A stretch of 64,000 nucleotides of DNA, taken from assembly GCA_963783385.1 (NCBI GenBank), contig CAWANJ010000009.1, positions 384,001 to 448,000 on the forward strand, read 5' to 3'. Within the stretch, counting starts at the first letter, position 1, and each line of letters starts with the position of its first letter. Below the pieces are notes generated by a model that was not told the DNA's origin, did not search any database, and worked only from the letters and a program-made list of their open reading frames with translations. Both the position numbers and the translations under genes were made by a program. Origin of the DNA: an uncultured Gemmatimonadales bacterium (GTDB lineage: Bacteria > Gemmatimonadota > Gemmatimonadetes > Palauibacterales > Palauibacteraceae). Below are positions 10,855 to 21,442 of the stretch, in pieces.

Positions 10855-12161
10855 GCACCACGGGGCGCGAATCGGCGGTGGATCGGCTCCTCGATCTCTT
10901 CATCGAGTCGGTAGCCGCCGGTGGAGACGGCGTGGCCCGCGAGCCGGCCGGGCGCGTCGTCTTCGTGCCGTCCGCGGCGCCCGGCGACCGGGTGCGCGTC
11001 CGGGTGACGGAGGACCATGCGTCGTACCTGCGAGCCCGGCTCGAGGCGGTGCTGGAGCCGGGCCCGGGCAGGGTGTCGCCGTCGTGCCCCTACTATGGGG
11101 CGTGTGGCGGGTGCCGGCTCCAGCACCTGGCGCCGGAGGGACAGCTCGAGGCCAAGCGCGTCATCGTCCAGGACGCGCTCCGCCGGATCGGGAGGCTGGA
11201 GATCGACGTGCCTCCGGTGTGGGCCGAGGGGCCCCGCCTCGGCTACCGCAACCGTATCACGTTGACCGTTCGCCGTGAGACGGGGGGGCGGGTGCGGGCC
11301 GGATACCATGCCCACGGCGCCCCGGAGGTCCTGGTGGACGTGGCCGACTGCCCGCTGTCCGAGCGGGCCGTGGGCGACGCCTGGCGCGCCGTGCGCTCGA
11401 ACTGGGGCGCGGCCGCTCGACGCCTCCCTGGCGGCGAGGAGCTTCGTGTGACGGTGCGGGCCTCGGCCACGGGCGGCACGGCCGTCGTGGTCGACGGTGG
11501 CCGGCCCGATGCCCCCGGGGATCCAGCGGCTCTCGCGGAGTCCGTTCCCGGCCTGGTGTGCCTGGCCTGGCGGCCGACGGGAACAGGGCTCCGTATCGCG
11601 GCCGGCGAGCCCGTCTTCCACGAGCGGTGGCAGGGCTTCGATCTGGAGCTCGGTCCCGAGACCTTTCTTCAGGTGAACCGGCGAGCGGCCGAGGCCATCG
11701 AGCGTTCGCTGGACGAGGGCCTGGGAGAGGTCGCCGGTCTCCGCATCGTGGACCTGTACGGTGGCGTCGGGACGAGAGCCATCCGCTGGTCCCTGCGGGG
11801 CGCGGAGGCGGCCTCCTGCGACGCCGACCGGAATGCCGTGGCGGCGGGCCGTGCCGCCGCGGCCCACTACGCCGCAGAGGTCGACCTGCGCGCGGCGAGG
11901 GTCGAGGAGGCGGTCGGCGCGCTCCTGCCAGCCGACGTCGTGGTGGTCAATCCTCCCCGGCAGGGGCTGTCGCGTGAGGCGAGCGGGGCTCTACGGGAGG
12001 TCCGTGCCCGCCGTCTCGCCTATGTCAGCTGCGATCCGGCCACGCTGGCCCGGGACCTGGTCCGCCTGGGGGATGGCTGGCGGGTGACGCGGGTGGAGGC
12101 CTTCGACGCGTTCCCGCAGACGGCCCACGTCGAGACGCTGGCGTGGCTGGAGGCCGCATGA
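10851..12161 (+). CDS. rlmD: 23S rRNA (uracil-C5)-methyltransferase, TRAM domain (RlmD/TrmA family)
   Basis: CPYYGACGGCRLQH Fe-S motif, FLQVN, NPPRQG, YVSCDPATLARD, FPQTAHVE. Confidence 0.88.
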   Translation: MSTTGRESAVDRLLDLFIESVAAGGDGVAREPAGRVVFVPSAAPGDRVRVRVTEDHASYLRARLEAVLEPGPGRVSPSCPYYGACGGCRLQHLAPEGQLEAKRVIVQDALRRIGRLEIDVPPVWAEGPRLGYRNRITLTVRRETGGRVRAGYHAHGAPEVLVDVADCPLSERAVGDAWRAVRSNWGAAARRLPGGEELRVTVRASATGGTAVVVDGGRPDAPGDPAALAESVPGLVCLAWRPTGTGLRIAAGEPVFHERWQGFDLELGPETFLQVNRRAAEAIERSLDEGLGEVAGLRIVDLYGGVGTRAIRWSLRGAEAASCDADRNAVAAGRAAAAHYAAEVDLRAARVEEAVGALLPADVVVVNPPRQGLSREASGALREVRARRLAYVSCDPATLARDLVRLGDGWRVTRVEAFDAFPQTAHVETLAWLEAA

Positions 12162-12667
12162 AGTACTTCGTCACCATCGGGGAGGAGCGGGTCGAGGTCG
12201 ACCTCGGCTCCGGGGGGGCGACGTTCGGGACGGGAGAGACCGTGCCGGTCGAGCTCGCCGCCGTGCCCGGGACGGCCCTGCGTCACCTGCTGCTCGGGGA
12301 TGACGGGTGGCGGCTCACGGTCGTTCGGGAGAAGGACGGCTGGACGATCAGCACGGGGGGGCGGCGCTTCCGGGTCCGGGTCGAGGATGAGCGCACCCAC
12401 GCCATACGGGAGATGTCGGGCGTCGACGGGCTCGACGCGGGGCCGCAGGAGCTGCGCGCGCCGATGCCGGGACTGGTGGTGAGGGTGCTGGTCGAAGCCG
12501 GACAGGAGGTGGAGCCTGGGGACGGCCTGGTGGTCATGGAGGCCATGAAGATGGAGAACGAGCTCCGGGCCGACGCGGCGGGCCGCGTGGCCGAGATCCG
12601 GGTCGAGGAAGGCGCCACGGTCGCGCAGGGCCAGGTCCTGGTGACCCTCGAGGCCGAGGGCGCATGA
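12158..12667 (+). CDS. Biotin carboxyl carrier protein (BT plus biotinyl domain)
   Basis: APMPGLV and MEAMKMEN biotinylation motif. Confidence 0.92.
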   Translation: MKYFVTIGEERVEVDLGSGGATFGTGETVPVELAAVPGTALRHLLLGDDGWRLTVVREKDGWTISTGGRRFRVRVEDERTHAIREMSGVDGLDAGPQELRAPMPGLVVRVLVEAGQEVEPGDGLVVMEAMKMENELRADAAGRVAEIRVEEGATVAQGQVLVTLEAEGA

Positions 12668-14322
12668 GCGCGCCCGGCCGAACCGGGGAGGGCGAGGGGC
12701 GCGCGGAGTGGGAGCGTCGCACGCTGCGGCCTTTCCTGGAACGTCACCCGGAGCGCCGGGAGCGGTTCCGTACGCCCTCGGGCCTCGAGGTCCGGCCGCT
12801 CTACACGCCCGCCGACGTGGAGGCGCCCTACGGGGAGTCCCTCGGTTACCCGGGCGAGCCTCCGTTCACACGCGGGATCTACCCGACCATGTACAGAGGT
12901 CGGCTGTGGACCATGCGGCAGTACGCGGGCTTCGGCACGGCCGAGCAGACGAACGAGCGCTTCCGGTACCTTCTCGACTCGGGCCAGACCGGCCTGTCGG
13001 TGGCCTTCGACCTCCCAACGCAGATGGGATACGACTCCGACCACGCCATGGCGGCGGGCGAGGTGGGTCGGGTCGGAGTGGCCATCGACACGCTGGACGA
13101 CATGGAGCGGCTGTTCCGCGGCATCCCGCTCGGCCGGGTCTCGACCTCCATGACCATCAACGCCACCGCGGCCATCCTCCTGGCCATGTACGTGGCCGTG
13201 GGCGAGGACCAGGGCGTGGAGCGTGCCGACCTCCGGGGCACCGTCCAGAACGACATCCTGAAGGAGTTCGTGGCGCGCGGCACCTACATCTATCCGGTGG
13301 AGCCCAGCCTTCGGCTGGTCACCGACGTGTTCGACTTCTGCTCCCGCGAGCTCCCGTCCTGGAATTCGATCTCGATCAGCGGCTATCACATGCGCGAGGC
13401 GGGCTCGACGGCGGCGCAGGAGCTGGCCTTCACCCTGGCGGACGCGCTCGAGTACGTCGATCGGGCCCTGGCGCGCGGATTGGAGCTGGAGGCCTTCGCC
13501 CCCCGCCTCAGCTTCTTCTTCGCCTCGCACAACAACCTGTTCGAGGAGGTGGCCAAGTTCCGGGCGGCGCGCCGCCTGTGGGCCCGCCTCATGCACGAGC
13601 GTTACGGCGCGTCGGAGGAGAGCCGGCGCCTCAGGTTCCACACGCAGACGGCGGGATCGACGCTCACGGCGCAGCAGCCCCGGAACAACATCGTGCGCGT
13701 CGCGGTACAGGCGCTGGCCGCGACCCTGGGAGGGACGCAGTCCCTGCATACGAACAGCTTCGACGAGGCTCTGGCACTGCCGTCGGCGGAGGCGGCCCGC
13801 CTGGCCCTGCGCACCCAGCAGGTGCTGGCGTCCGAGTCGGGGGTGGCGGACACGGTGGATCCGCTGGCAGGCTCCTACTACGTGGAGGCCCTCACCGACC
13901 GGATCGAGTCGCAGGCGCGCGATTACCTCGAGACCATCGAGGAGGCGGGCGGGGCGGCGCGGTCGGTCGCCTTCATGCAGGAGGAGATCCACCGGGTGGC
14001 CTACCGATTCCAGCGGGACCTGGAGGCCGGGGAGGAGGAGGTGGTGGGCGTGAACGTGCACCGGGACGAGCGGGAGCCGGAGCCGAAGATCGAGCTGCCC
14101 GACTTCGAGGGCCTGGCCCGCGAGCAGCGCGAACGCCTGGCCGAGGTGCGGTCGCGCCGGGACGAAGGGCCGGTGCGGGAGGCCCTCGAGGCGCTGGGTC
14201 GACTCGCCCGGAGCGACGGCGAGCTGGTGGGCCCGATCCTGACGGCGGTCCGGCGCCGCGCCACGCTGGGTGAGATCAGCGACGTCCTGCGCGAAGCGTG
14301 GGGGGAGTACACAGGGAGCTAG
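12664..14322 (+). CDS. Methylmalonyl-CoA mutase, substrate-binding subunit (split type, no B12-binding domain)
   Basis: [48 protein letters not shown]. Confidence 0.93.
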   Translation: MSAPGRTGEGEGRAEWERRTLRPFLERHPERRERFRTPSGLEVRPLYTPADVEAPYGESLGYPGEPPFTRGIYPTMYRGRLWTMRQYAGFGTAEQTNERFRYLLDSGQTGLSVAFDLPTQMGYDSDHAMAAGEVGRVGVAIDTLDDMERLFRGIPLGRVSTSMTINATAAILLAMYVAVGEDQGVERADLRGTVQNDILKEFVARGTYIYPVEPSLRLVTDVFDFCSRELPSWNSISISGYHMREAGSTAAQELAFTLADALEYVDRALARGLELEAFAPRLSFFFASHNNLFEEVAKFRAARRLWARLMHERYGASEESRRLRFHTQTAGSTLTAQQPRNNIVRVAVQALAATLGGTQSLHTNSFDEALALPSAEAARLALRTQQVLASESGVADTVDPLAGSYYVEALTDRIESQARDYLETIEEAGGAARSVAFMQEEIHRVAYRFQRDLEAGEEEVVGVNVHRDEREPEPKIELPDFEGLAREQRERLAEVRSRRDEGPVREALEALGRLARSDGELVGPILTAVRRRATLGEISDVLREAWGEYTGS

Positions 14323-14328
14323 GAGCTC

Positions 14329-14598
14329 ATGCCGACCTACGAATATCGTTGCACGGCGTGCGGACACGCGTTCGAGCGCTTTCAGAAGATCAACGACCCG
14401 CCCGTGAGGGTCTGCCCGGAGTGCGGGGAGAAGGCCGTGGAGAAGCAGATCTCGTCCGGTGCGGGCCTCCTGTTCAAGGGGCCGGGCTTCTACGCTACCG
14501 ACTACCGGTCTCCCCGTCCCGGCGCCAGGCCGGGAAAGGGCGACTCGGAGGGGAAGAGCAAGACGTCCGAATCCGGGGGCGTGACCCCGGATGAGTGA
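14329..14598 (+). CDS. FmdB family zinc-ribbon protein
   Basis: MPTYEYRCxxCG, CPECG, FKGPGFYATDY. Confidence 0.9.
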   Translation: MPTYEYRCTACGHAFERFQKINDPPVRVCPECGEKAVEKQISSGAGLLFKGPGFYATDYRSPRPGARPGKGDSEGKSKTSESGGVTPDE

Positions 14599-16333
14599 GG
14601 TCCGGCCGGAGGGCCCCATCGTCGACCCAATGGCGGAACCGTGGCGGCGGCTGGCCGAGGCCGTCGGCCGTGCCGCGAGAGCCGCGGGCGCCCCCGACGA
14701 CTTCCATGCCGCGCTCGAGCGTCCCCGGGACCCGGCACACGGCGACGTGGCCTCCAACGCCGCCCTCGTCCTCGGCGGCCGCATGGGAAGGCCGCCCCGC
14801 GAGGTGGCCGAGGCCATCCGCGACGCGCTCGACGAGGCGGGGGCCCCCGTGGCGTCGGTCGAGGTCGCGGGCCCGGGCTTCCTCAACTTCCGCTTCGACG
14901 ACTCCGTCTACTGGGAGGGGCTCGCGGCGATCCTGCGGGCGGGCCCGGGCTTCGGCCGCCGGGCCGCCGCCGAGCCCCTCAGGATCAACGTGGAGTTCGT
15001 GTCGGCCAACCCGACCGGCCCGCTGCACGTGGCGCATGGACGTGGTGCGGCGCTGGGCGACGTGGTGGCCAGCCTGCTCGAGTGGACCGGACACGAGGTC
15101 GTCCGCGAATACTATGTGAACGACGCGGGTCGCCAGATCGATCTGCTCGGCGCCTCCGTCGAGGCGCGCTACCAGGAACTCCTGGGTCGGGACTCGGCGA
15201 TCCCGGAGGGAGGCTATCACGGGGCCTACGTGCGGGAGCTGGCCGAGCGACTGAGGGACGAGGCCGAGCCAGGCGTACTGCAGGCCATGGCTCCAGACGA
15301 GCGCGCCTCGTGGTTCGCGGAGCGTGCCTCGGCGCTCCTGCGGCTCGAGCACGAGGAGGACCTGGCCGCGTTCGGCGTCCGCATGGAGACCTGGAGCGAG
15401 GAGAGCCGGCTGTACGCGAGGGGCGCCATCGAAGGTCTCCTCGATCACCTCGCCGAGGCCGACCTCACGTACGAGGACGAGGGTGCCACCTGGCTCGCCA
15501 CCAGCCGGTTCGGGGACGAGAAGGACCGGGTGCTGGTGAAGAGCGACGGCAGCTACACCTACTTCCTGCCCGACATCGCGTATCACCTGGACAAGGCGGA
15601 GCGCGGCTTCGATCGGGCCATCGACGTGTGGGGAGCCGATCATCACGGTCACGTCGCCCGGATGAAGGCCGCCCTGGAGGCCCTCGGACTGCCGCCCGAG
15701 TTCCTGGAGGTGCTGATCCTGCAGCTCGTGACCGTGCTGCGCGGAGGCGAGGAGGTCCGCATGAGCAAGCGGGCCGGGACGTTCGTGACGCTTCGCGAAC
15801 TGTTCGATGAGACGGGGCCGGACGTTTCGAGGTACTTCTTCCTCATGCGACGCGCGGAGGTGCCGCTGAGCTTCGACCTCGACCTGGCTCTGGACCGGTC
15901 CGACGCGAATCCCGTCTACAAGGTGCAGTACGCGCACGCCCGCATGTGCTCAGTGTTCGCGCGTGGCGGCGTCGACCCGGGCGGGATCGATCCTTCGTTC
16001 CAGGATCTCTCGCGCCTCGGCACCGAGCACGAGCGGGCCCTGGCCCGCGCGCTCGCGCGCTTTCCCGAGGTCGTGGACGTGGCCGCGGCGGCCCGGGCAC
16101 CCTACCAGGTGTGTGGCTACCTCGAAGAGGCGGCGGGGCTCGCCAACGCCTGGTACCACACCGGAAACCAGGATCCGTCGCTCCGCGTGCTCGCCGAGGG
16201 CCCTGCGCGGGCCGGTCGGCTGGCGCTGGCCCGGGCCGTCCAGCTCACGCTCCGCAACGGACTGGAGCTTCTGGGACTGTCGGCCCCGCAGCGCATGGAG
16301 CGTCAGGACGACGACGATGAGGAGGCGCGGTGA
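14591..16333 (+). CDS. argS: Arginine--tRNA ligase
   Basis: EFVSANPTGPLHVAHGR, WGADHHG, RMSKR, QYAHAR. Confidence 0.96.
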   Translation: MSEVRPEGPIVDPMAEPWRRLAEAVGRAARAAGAPDDFHAALERPRDPAHGDVASNAALVLGGRMGRPPREVAEAIRDALDEAGAPVASVEVAGPGFLNFRFDDSVYWEGLAAILRAGPGFGRRAAAEPLRINVEFVSANPTGPLHVAHGRGAALGDVVASLLEWTGHEVVREYYVNDAGRQIDLLGASVEARYQELLGRDSAIPEGGYHGAYVRELAERLRDEAEPGVLQAMAPDERASWFAERASALLRLEHEEDLAAFGVRMETWSEESRLYARGAIEGLLDHLAEADLTYEDEGATWLATSRFGDEKDRVLVKSDGSYTYFLPDIAYHLDKAERGFDRAIDVWGADHHGHVARMKAALEALGLPPEFLEVLILQLVTVLRGGEEVRMSKRAGTFVTLRELFDETGPDVSRYFFLMRRAEVPLSFDLDLALDRSDANPVYKVQYAHARMCSVFARGGVDPGGIDPSFQDLSRLGTEHERALARALARFPEVVDVAAAARAPYQVCGYLEEAAGLANAWYHTGNQDPSLRVLAEGPARAGRLALARAVQLTLRNGLELLGLSAPQRMERQDDDDEEAR

Positions 16334-17301
16334 GCGGGAGGGGTGAGCACGGAGAGCGGGGAGGGGCGGAGGCTCAGGGGGCAATCCTGGTCGTGGGAAG
16401 TGTGGCCCTCGACACGGTCGAAACGCCCTTCGGGAAGGCGGAGGAGGTCGTGGGTGGATCGGCCGTCTACTTCGGGTCGGCGGCGTCCCTGTTCGGCCAC
16501 GTCCAGCTCGTGGGGGTCGTCGGGGACGACTACCCCCTGGACCGACTGGACTTCCTGCGGGCGCGGGGGGCCGACCTGGACGGCCTCGACGTGGCCGGCG
16601 GCCGTAGCTTCCGCTGGTCGGGGGTCTACGACTACGACCTCAACGCCCGTCGCACCCTCAGCACCGAGCTCGGGGTGTTCGCGGACTTCCAGCCCACCGT
16701 GCCCGACACGTTCCGATCGGCCGAGTGGGTCTTCCTGGGCAACATCGATCCGGCCCTTCAGCACGGCATCCTCGACCAGATCGAGGCGCCTCGCCTGGTG
16801 GCATGTGACACGATGAACTACTGGATCGAACGGGACCGCGACACGCTGCTGGCTCTCCTCGCGCGCATCGACATGCTGGTCGTCAACGACTCCGAGGCCC
16901 GGGAGCTGTCGGAGGACCACAACCTGGCGCGCGCGGCCCGCTGGATCCTCGACCGTGGACCCCGGCACGTGGTCATCAAGAAGGGCGAGCATGGCGCCGT
17001 GCTCTTCCACGAAGATGGCGTGTTCTTCGTGCCCGGCTTCCCTCTGGAGGAGGTGTTCGATCCGACCGGGGCCGGGGACTCGTTCGCCGGCGGCATGCTG
17101 GGGCAGCTCGCCCGGGCGGGCCGGGTGACCGAGCGGGAGCTTCGCCGCGCCGTGGTGTTCGGGTGCGCGCTGGGTTCCTTCGCGTGCGAGGCCTTCGGGC
17201 CGGACCGGCTCCGGGACCTGTCCCTGCACGAGGTCGGCTCCAGGGTCCAGGCGTTCCTCGAGATGACACGGTTCGAACACGAGATGCCGGTCGGGCCGTG
17301 A
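16330..17301 (+). CDS. PfkB-family carbohydrate/nucleoside kinase
   Basis: GGSAVY, NDSEAR, KKGEHGA, DPTGAGDSFAGG. Confidence 0.9.
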   Translation: MSGRGEHGERGGAEAQGAILVVGSVALDTVETPFGKAEEVVGGSAVYFGSAASLFGHVQLVGVVGDDYPLDRLDFLRARGADLDGLDVAGGRSFRWSGVYDYDLNARRTLSTELGVFADFQPTVPDTFRSAEWVFLGNIDPALQHGILDQIEAPRLVACDTMNYWIERDRDTLLALLARIDMLVVNDSEARELSEDHNLARAARWILDRGPRHVVIKKGEHGAVLFHEDGVFFVPGFPLEEVFDPTGAGDSFAGGMLGQLARAGRVTERELRRAVVFGCALGSFACEAFGPDRLRDLSLHEVGSRVQAFLEMTRFEHEMPVGP

Positions 17302-17350
17302 GGGTCGGGTGGAGCGGGAGGGCCGGACGGAGCGGAGGGAGGGAGTGGCG

Positions 17351-18382
17351 GTGAGCGAGGGCGGCTTCACCTACCGGGATGCGGGCGTGGATCGCGGAGC
17401 GGCCGATGCCGTCAAGGGTCGGCTGGGCCGGATCGTGGAGTCGACCCGCACCGCGGGCGTGCGGTCGGCGTTCGGGTCCTTCGGAGGGCGCTTCATGCTC
17501 GAGGAGGGCGGCGAGCTGGTGGCCAGCGCCGACGGCGTGGGCACCAAGCTGCGGGTGGCGTTCCGCGCCGGCCGACACGACACGGTCGGCGAGGACCTGG
17601 TCAACCATTGTGTTGACGACATCCTGACCGAAGGGGCGGTGCCCCTCTTCTTCCTCGACTACTTCGCGTGCGGGCGGCTGGATCCCGAGATCCCGGTGGC
17701 CGTCGTGGCCGGCGTGGCGCGGGGATGCCGGGCCAACGGCTGCGCTCTGCTGGGTGGTGAGACCGCGGAGATGCCCGACTCGTACCCCGACGGGGAATAC
17801 GACCTGGCCGGCTTCATCGTGGGCCGCGCGGCGTACCCGGCGGTCGCCCGGCGCGAGATTCGGGAGGGAGACCGACTGCTCGGACTGTCCGCGAGCGGCC
17901 TCCACACGAACGGATACAGCTTCGCACGGGCGCTGTTGTTCGGAGAGCTGGGCCTCGATGTGGACGACCCGTGGCCGGGCCTGGGCAGCTCGGTCGGCGA
18001 CGTGCTCCTCCGGGTGCATCGCTCCTACCTGGAGCCGCTCCGCGGTCCGTGCGAGGCGGGACGGGTCCACGCCCTGGCGCACATCACCGGAGGCGGCATC
18101 CCGGGCAACCTGGCCCGGATTCTCCCGGAGGATCTCGACGCGGTGGTGGACACGGGCTCGTGGCAGGCGCCGGCCGAGTTCCGATCGCTGGCCGAGCTGG
18201 GACGCACGGACCGGGACGAGATGTTCCGGACCTTCAACATGGGCCTCGGCATGATCGCGGTGGTGCGCCCCGACGAGATGCGAACGGTGCGCGAGGCGAT
18301 CGAGGCGGCCGGATGCCCGGCGTTCGCGTGTGGGGAGCTGGTGCGCGGGTCGGGCGAGGTCCGGCTCGAGGGCGCCGGGTGA
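17351..18382 (+). CDS. purM: Phosphoribosylformylglycinamidine cyclo-ligase
   Basis: TYRDAGVD, DGVGTK, GGETAEMP, GLHTNGYS, AHITGGG, TFNMG. Confidence 0.95.
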   Translation: MSEGGFTYRDAGVDRGAADAVKGRLGRIVESTRTAGVRSAFGSFGGRFMLEEGGELVASADGVGTKLRVAFRAGRHDTVGEDLVNHCVDDILTEGAVPLFFLDYFACGRLDPEIPVAVVAGVARGCRANGCALLGGETAEMPDSYPDGEYDLAGFIVGRAAYPAVARREIREGDRLLGLSASGLHTNGYSFARALLFGELGLDVDDPWPGLGSSVGDVLLRVHRSYLEPLRGPCEAGRVHALAHITGGGIPGNLARILPEDLDAVVDTGSWQAPAEFRSLAELGRTDRDEMFRTFNMGLGMIAVVRPDEMRTVREAIEAAGCPAFACGELVRGSGEVRLEGAG

Positions 18383-19539
18383 CGGGGGCCCGGGCCGACG
18401 ACGGACGGCACATGCTCCGGGCGGTGGCCCTGGCCCGGCGCGGCTGGGGGCGCGTGGCGCCCAACCCAATGGTCGGGGCCGTCCTGGTGCGCGACGGGGA
18501 CGTGGTGGGAGAAGGGTGGCACGCCGAGTTCGGAGGTCCCCACGCCGAAGTGGCGGCGCTCGACGCGGCGGGCCCGCGGGCCGAGGGTGCCACGCTCTAC
18601 GTGACGCTGGAGCCGTGCACCCACACCGGCAAGACACCACCGTGCACGCCGGCGGTGATCGAGGCCGGCGTGCGGCGCGTCGTCGTGGGCTGCCGGGACC
18701 CCGACCCGGAAGCCGGCGGCGGCGCGGACGCCCTGCGCCGGGCCGGGCTCGACGTCTCCGTGGGCGTCGAGGGACCGACCTGCGCGCGCCTCCTGGCCGC
18801 CTATCTCTGGGGTCGGGTCGGCCGGACCCCGTTCGTGGCGCTCAAGCTCGCCCTGTCGCTGGACGGGGGGCTGGCGCGCGAGCCCGGTCGCCGGACGGCG
18901 GTCACCGGCCCCGAGGCGGGACGGTGGGTGCATCGCCTCCGGGCCGGATTCGACGCCATCCTCGTGGGCCGCGGGACGCTCGAGGCGGACGATCCGCTGC
19001 TCACGGTCCGGGGAGACGTCGAGCCGCGGAGCGCGCCCGTTCGCGTCATCCTCGACTCCGGACTGTCCGTGTCTCCGGAGGCCCGGGTCGTCACCACCGG
19101 GACCGAGGCGCCGACCTGGGTCCTGTGCGGACCCGACGCGCCGGCGGAGCGGCGTGCCCGCCTCGAGAAGGCGGGCGTCCGGGTGATCGAGCTCCGCGCC
19201 GGCCCGGCGGGGGTGGACACCGGCGCGGCGCTCGCACGGCTGGCCGGAGAGGGCGTCGGCACGGTGCTCGCAGAGGGAGGAGCGCGCGTGGCCCGCTCGC
19301 TCCTGGAAGGAGCGTGGGTCCAGCGCCTCCATCTCCTGTACGCGCCGCTCCTGTTCGGCGCGGGGGCCCCGGCCGGGTTCGGCGGGGCCGCGGCCGGACG
19401 GGGTGGCTGGCACGTGTATGACCGGAGGGCGCTCGGCGAGGACACGCACCTGGCGCTGGAGAGCCGCGAGCTCGACGACGTCCAGCGGCGGTGGGGGAGG
19501 CCCGAATGGCGCCCCGTGAGCCCGGCCCCGGGCGAGTGA
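18379..19539 (+). CDS. ribD: Riboflavin biosynthesis deaminase/reductase
   Basis: PNPMVGAV, HAE, TLEPCTHTGKTPPC, DDPLLTVR, EGG. Confidence 0.95.
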   Translation: MTGARADDGRHMLRAVALARRGWGRVAPNPMVGAVLVRDGDVVGEGWHAEFGGPHAEVAALDAAGPRAEGATLYVTLEPCTHTGKTPPCTPAVIEAGVRRVVVGCRDPDPEAGGGADALRRAGLDVSVGVEGPTCARLLAAYLWGRVGRTPFVALKLALSLDGGLAREPGRRTAVTGPEAGRWVHRLRAGFDAILVGRGTLEADDPLLTVRGDVEPRSAPVRVILDSGLSVSPEARVVTTGTEAPTWVLCGPDAPAERRARLEKAGVRVIELRAGPAGVDTGAALARLAGEGVGTVLAEGGARVARSLLEGAWVQRLHLLYAPLLFGAGAPAGFGGAAAGRGGWHVYDRRALGEDTHLALESRELDDVQRRWGRPEWRPVSPAPGE

Positions 19540-19558
19540 CCTGAAGCGAGGAGGGGGC

Positions 19559-20227
19559 ATGTTCACCGGTCTGGTCGAGGAGATGGGGCGCGTGCTGTCG
19601 CGTGAGCCGCACGAGGAGGGTCTGCGGCTCCGCGTGGCGTGCCGCTTCGTGGACGAGCTCCACTCGGGCGACTCGGTGGCGGTGAGCGGCGTGTGCCAGA
19701 CCGTGACCGGGGTGGACGCGTCCGGGTTCGAGTTCGAGTCGATCCGCACCACCCTGTCGCGGACGACACTGGGGCGCCTCGAGCCGGGCGCCGCCGTCAA
19801 CCTCGAGCGCGCCTTGCGGGCCGGCGACCGTCTGGGCGGCCACCTGGTCCAGGGTCACGTGGACGGGGTCGGGGAGCTCGTCGAGCGACGGCCCGCGGGC
19901 GAGACGTGGCTTCTGCGCATCTCGATGCCGGCGGACATCGCGGCCGCCACGGTGCTGCACGGATCCCTGACCGTGGACGGGGTCAGCCTGACCGTGAACC
20001 AGCTGGAGGGCCCGGTCGCGGAAGTGGCCATCATTCCCTATACATGGTCCCATACGACGCTCTCGGGGCTCGCGCCGAGCGATCCGGTGAACCTCGAGGG
20101 TGACCTCGTGGGTAAATACGTGCGCAGGCTCGTCGAGCCATACCTCGAGAGTCTGCCCGCGCGAGGTCGACGGGCAGGAGGGCCCGGCGCCTCCGTTGAC
20201 GTCGGTCCCTCCCGTATCGAGAGCTGA
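19559..20227 (+). CDS. ribE: Riboflavin synthase
   Basis: MFTGLVE N-terminus, VNLERA, GGHLVQGHVD, DGVSLTV. Confidence 0.96.
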   Translation: MFTGLVEEMGRVLSREPHEEGLRLRVACRFVDELHSGDSVAVSGVCQTVTGVDASGFEFESIRTTLSRTTLGRLEPGAAVNLERALRAGDRLGGHLVQGHVDGVGELVERRPAGETWLLRISMPADIAAATVLHGSLTVDGVSLTVNQLEGPVAEVAIIPYTWSHTTLSGLAPSDPVNLEGDLVGKYVRRLVEPYLESLPARGRRAGGPGASVDVGPSRIES

Positions 20228-20230
20228 GGC

Positions 20231-21442
20231 ATGGGCTTCGACAGCGTCGAAGATGCCATCGCGGCGATCCGTCGCGGCGAACTGGTCATCGTGGCCGATG
20301 ACGAGGACCGCGAGAACGAGGGTGACCTCGTGTGCGCCGCAGAGCTGATCACGGCCGAACAGATCAACTTCATGGCCACGCACGGGCGCGGGCTGATCTG
20401 CCTCACGCTGGCGCCCGAGATCGCCGATCGGCTGGATCTGCCGCTCATGGCCGACGGACGGAAGTCCGATCCCAACGAGACGGCGTTCACGGTCAGCATC
20501 GACGCCCGCTCCGAGTTTGGCGTGTCCACGGGCATCAGCGCCCACGACCGGGCCCGGACGATCCAGGTGGCGCTCGACCCGGACACGCGTCCCTCGGACC
20601 TCGCGCGTCCCGGCCACGTGTTCCCGCTGCGGGCGCGGCCGGGAGGCGTGCTGCAGCGGGTCGGACAGACCGAGGCCTCCGTCGAGCTGGCGCGCATGGC
20701 CGGCCTGCAGCCGGCCGGCGTCATCTGCGAGATCCTCAACGAGGACGGGACCATGGCGAGGCGCCCGCACCTCGAGGCCTTCTCGGACCGGCACGGGCTG
20801 CGCTTCGTGACGGTGGCGCAGATCGTGGCGTACCGGCTGCGCCACGAGCGGCTCATCCACCGGGTGGCCGAAGCCCGTCTCCCGACGCCGTGGGGCGAGT
20901 TCACCATCGTCGGCTACCGCAACGACGTGGACGATCGGGAGCACGTCGCCCTGGTCCGGGGGGACGTCCGCGGGCGCGAGGGGGTGCTGGTACGCGTGCA
21001 CTCCAAGTGCCTCACGGGGGACGTATTCGGGTCGCTTCGCTGCGACTGCGGCGACCAGCTCCACCACGCCATGGAGCTGATCGTACAGGAGGGCGCCGGC
21101 GTGATCGTGTACCTGGACCAGGAGGGGCGCGGCATCGGCCTCCTCAACAAGCTCAGGGCCTACGAGCTCCAGGATCGCGGGCACGACACCGTGGAGGCCA
21201 ACGAGGTGCTCGGCTTCCCGCCTGACCTCAGGAACTACGGGATCGGCGCGCAGATCCTCGCTGACCTGGGCCTCCACTCCATCCGGATCATGACGAACAA
21301 CCCCAAGAAGCTCTCCGGACTCCAGGGCTTCGGCCTCGAGATCCTCGATCGTGTGCCCCTGGAGACCGACGCGACCAGCGAGAACGAGAGCTACCTCGAC
21401 GCCAAGCGAGACAAGCTCGGGCACCTGCTGAGCTCCTCGTGA
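20231..21442 (+). CDS. ribBA: DHBP synthase / GTP cyclohydrolase II
   Basis: DDEDRENEGD, RVHSKCLTGD, RCDCG, QEGRGIGL, TNNP. Confidence 0.96.
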   Translation: MGFDSVEDAIAAIRRGELVIVADDEDRENEGDLVCAAELITAEQINFMATHGRGLICLTLAPEIADRLDLPLMADGRKSDPNETAFTVSIDARSEFGVSTGISAHDRARTIQVALDPDTRPSDLARPGHVFPLRARPGGVLQRVGQTEASVELARMAGLQPAGVICEILNEDGTMARRPHLEAFSDRHGLRFVTVAQIVAYRLRHERLIHRVAEARLPTPWGEFTIVGYRNDVDDREHVALVRGDVRGREGVLVRVHSKCLTGDVFGSLRCDCGDQLHHAMELIVQEGAGVIVYLDQEGRGIGLLNKLRAYELQDRGHDTVEANEVLGFPPDLRNYGIGAQILADLGLHSIRIMTNNPKKLSGLQGFGLEILDRVPLETDATSENESYLDAKRDKLGHLLSSS

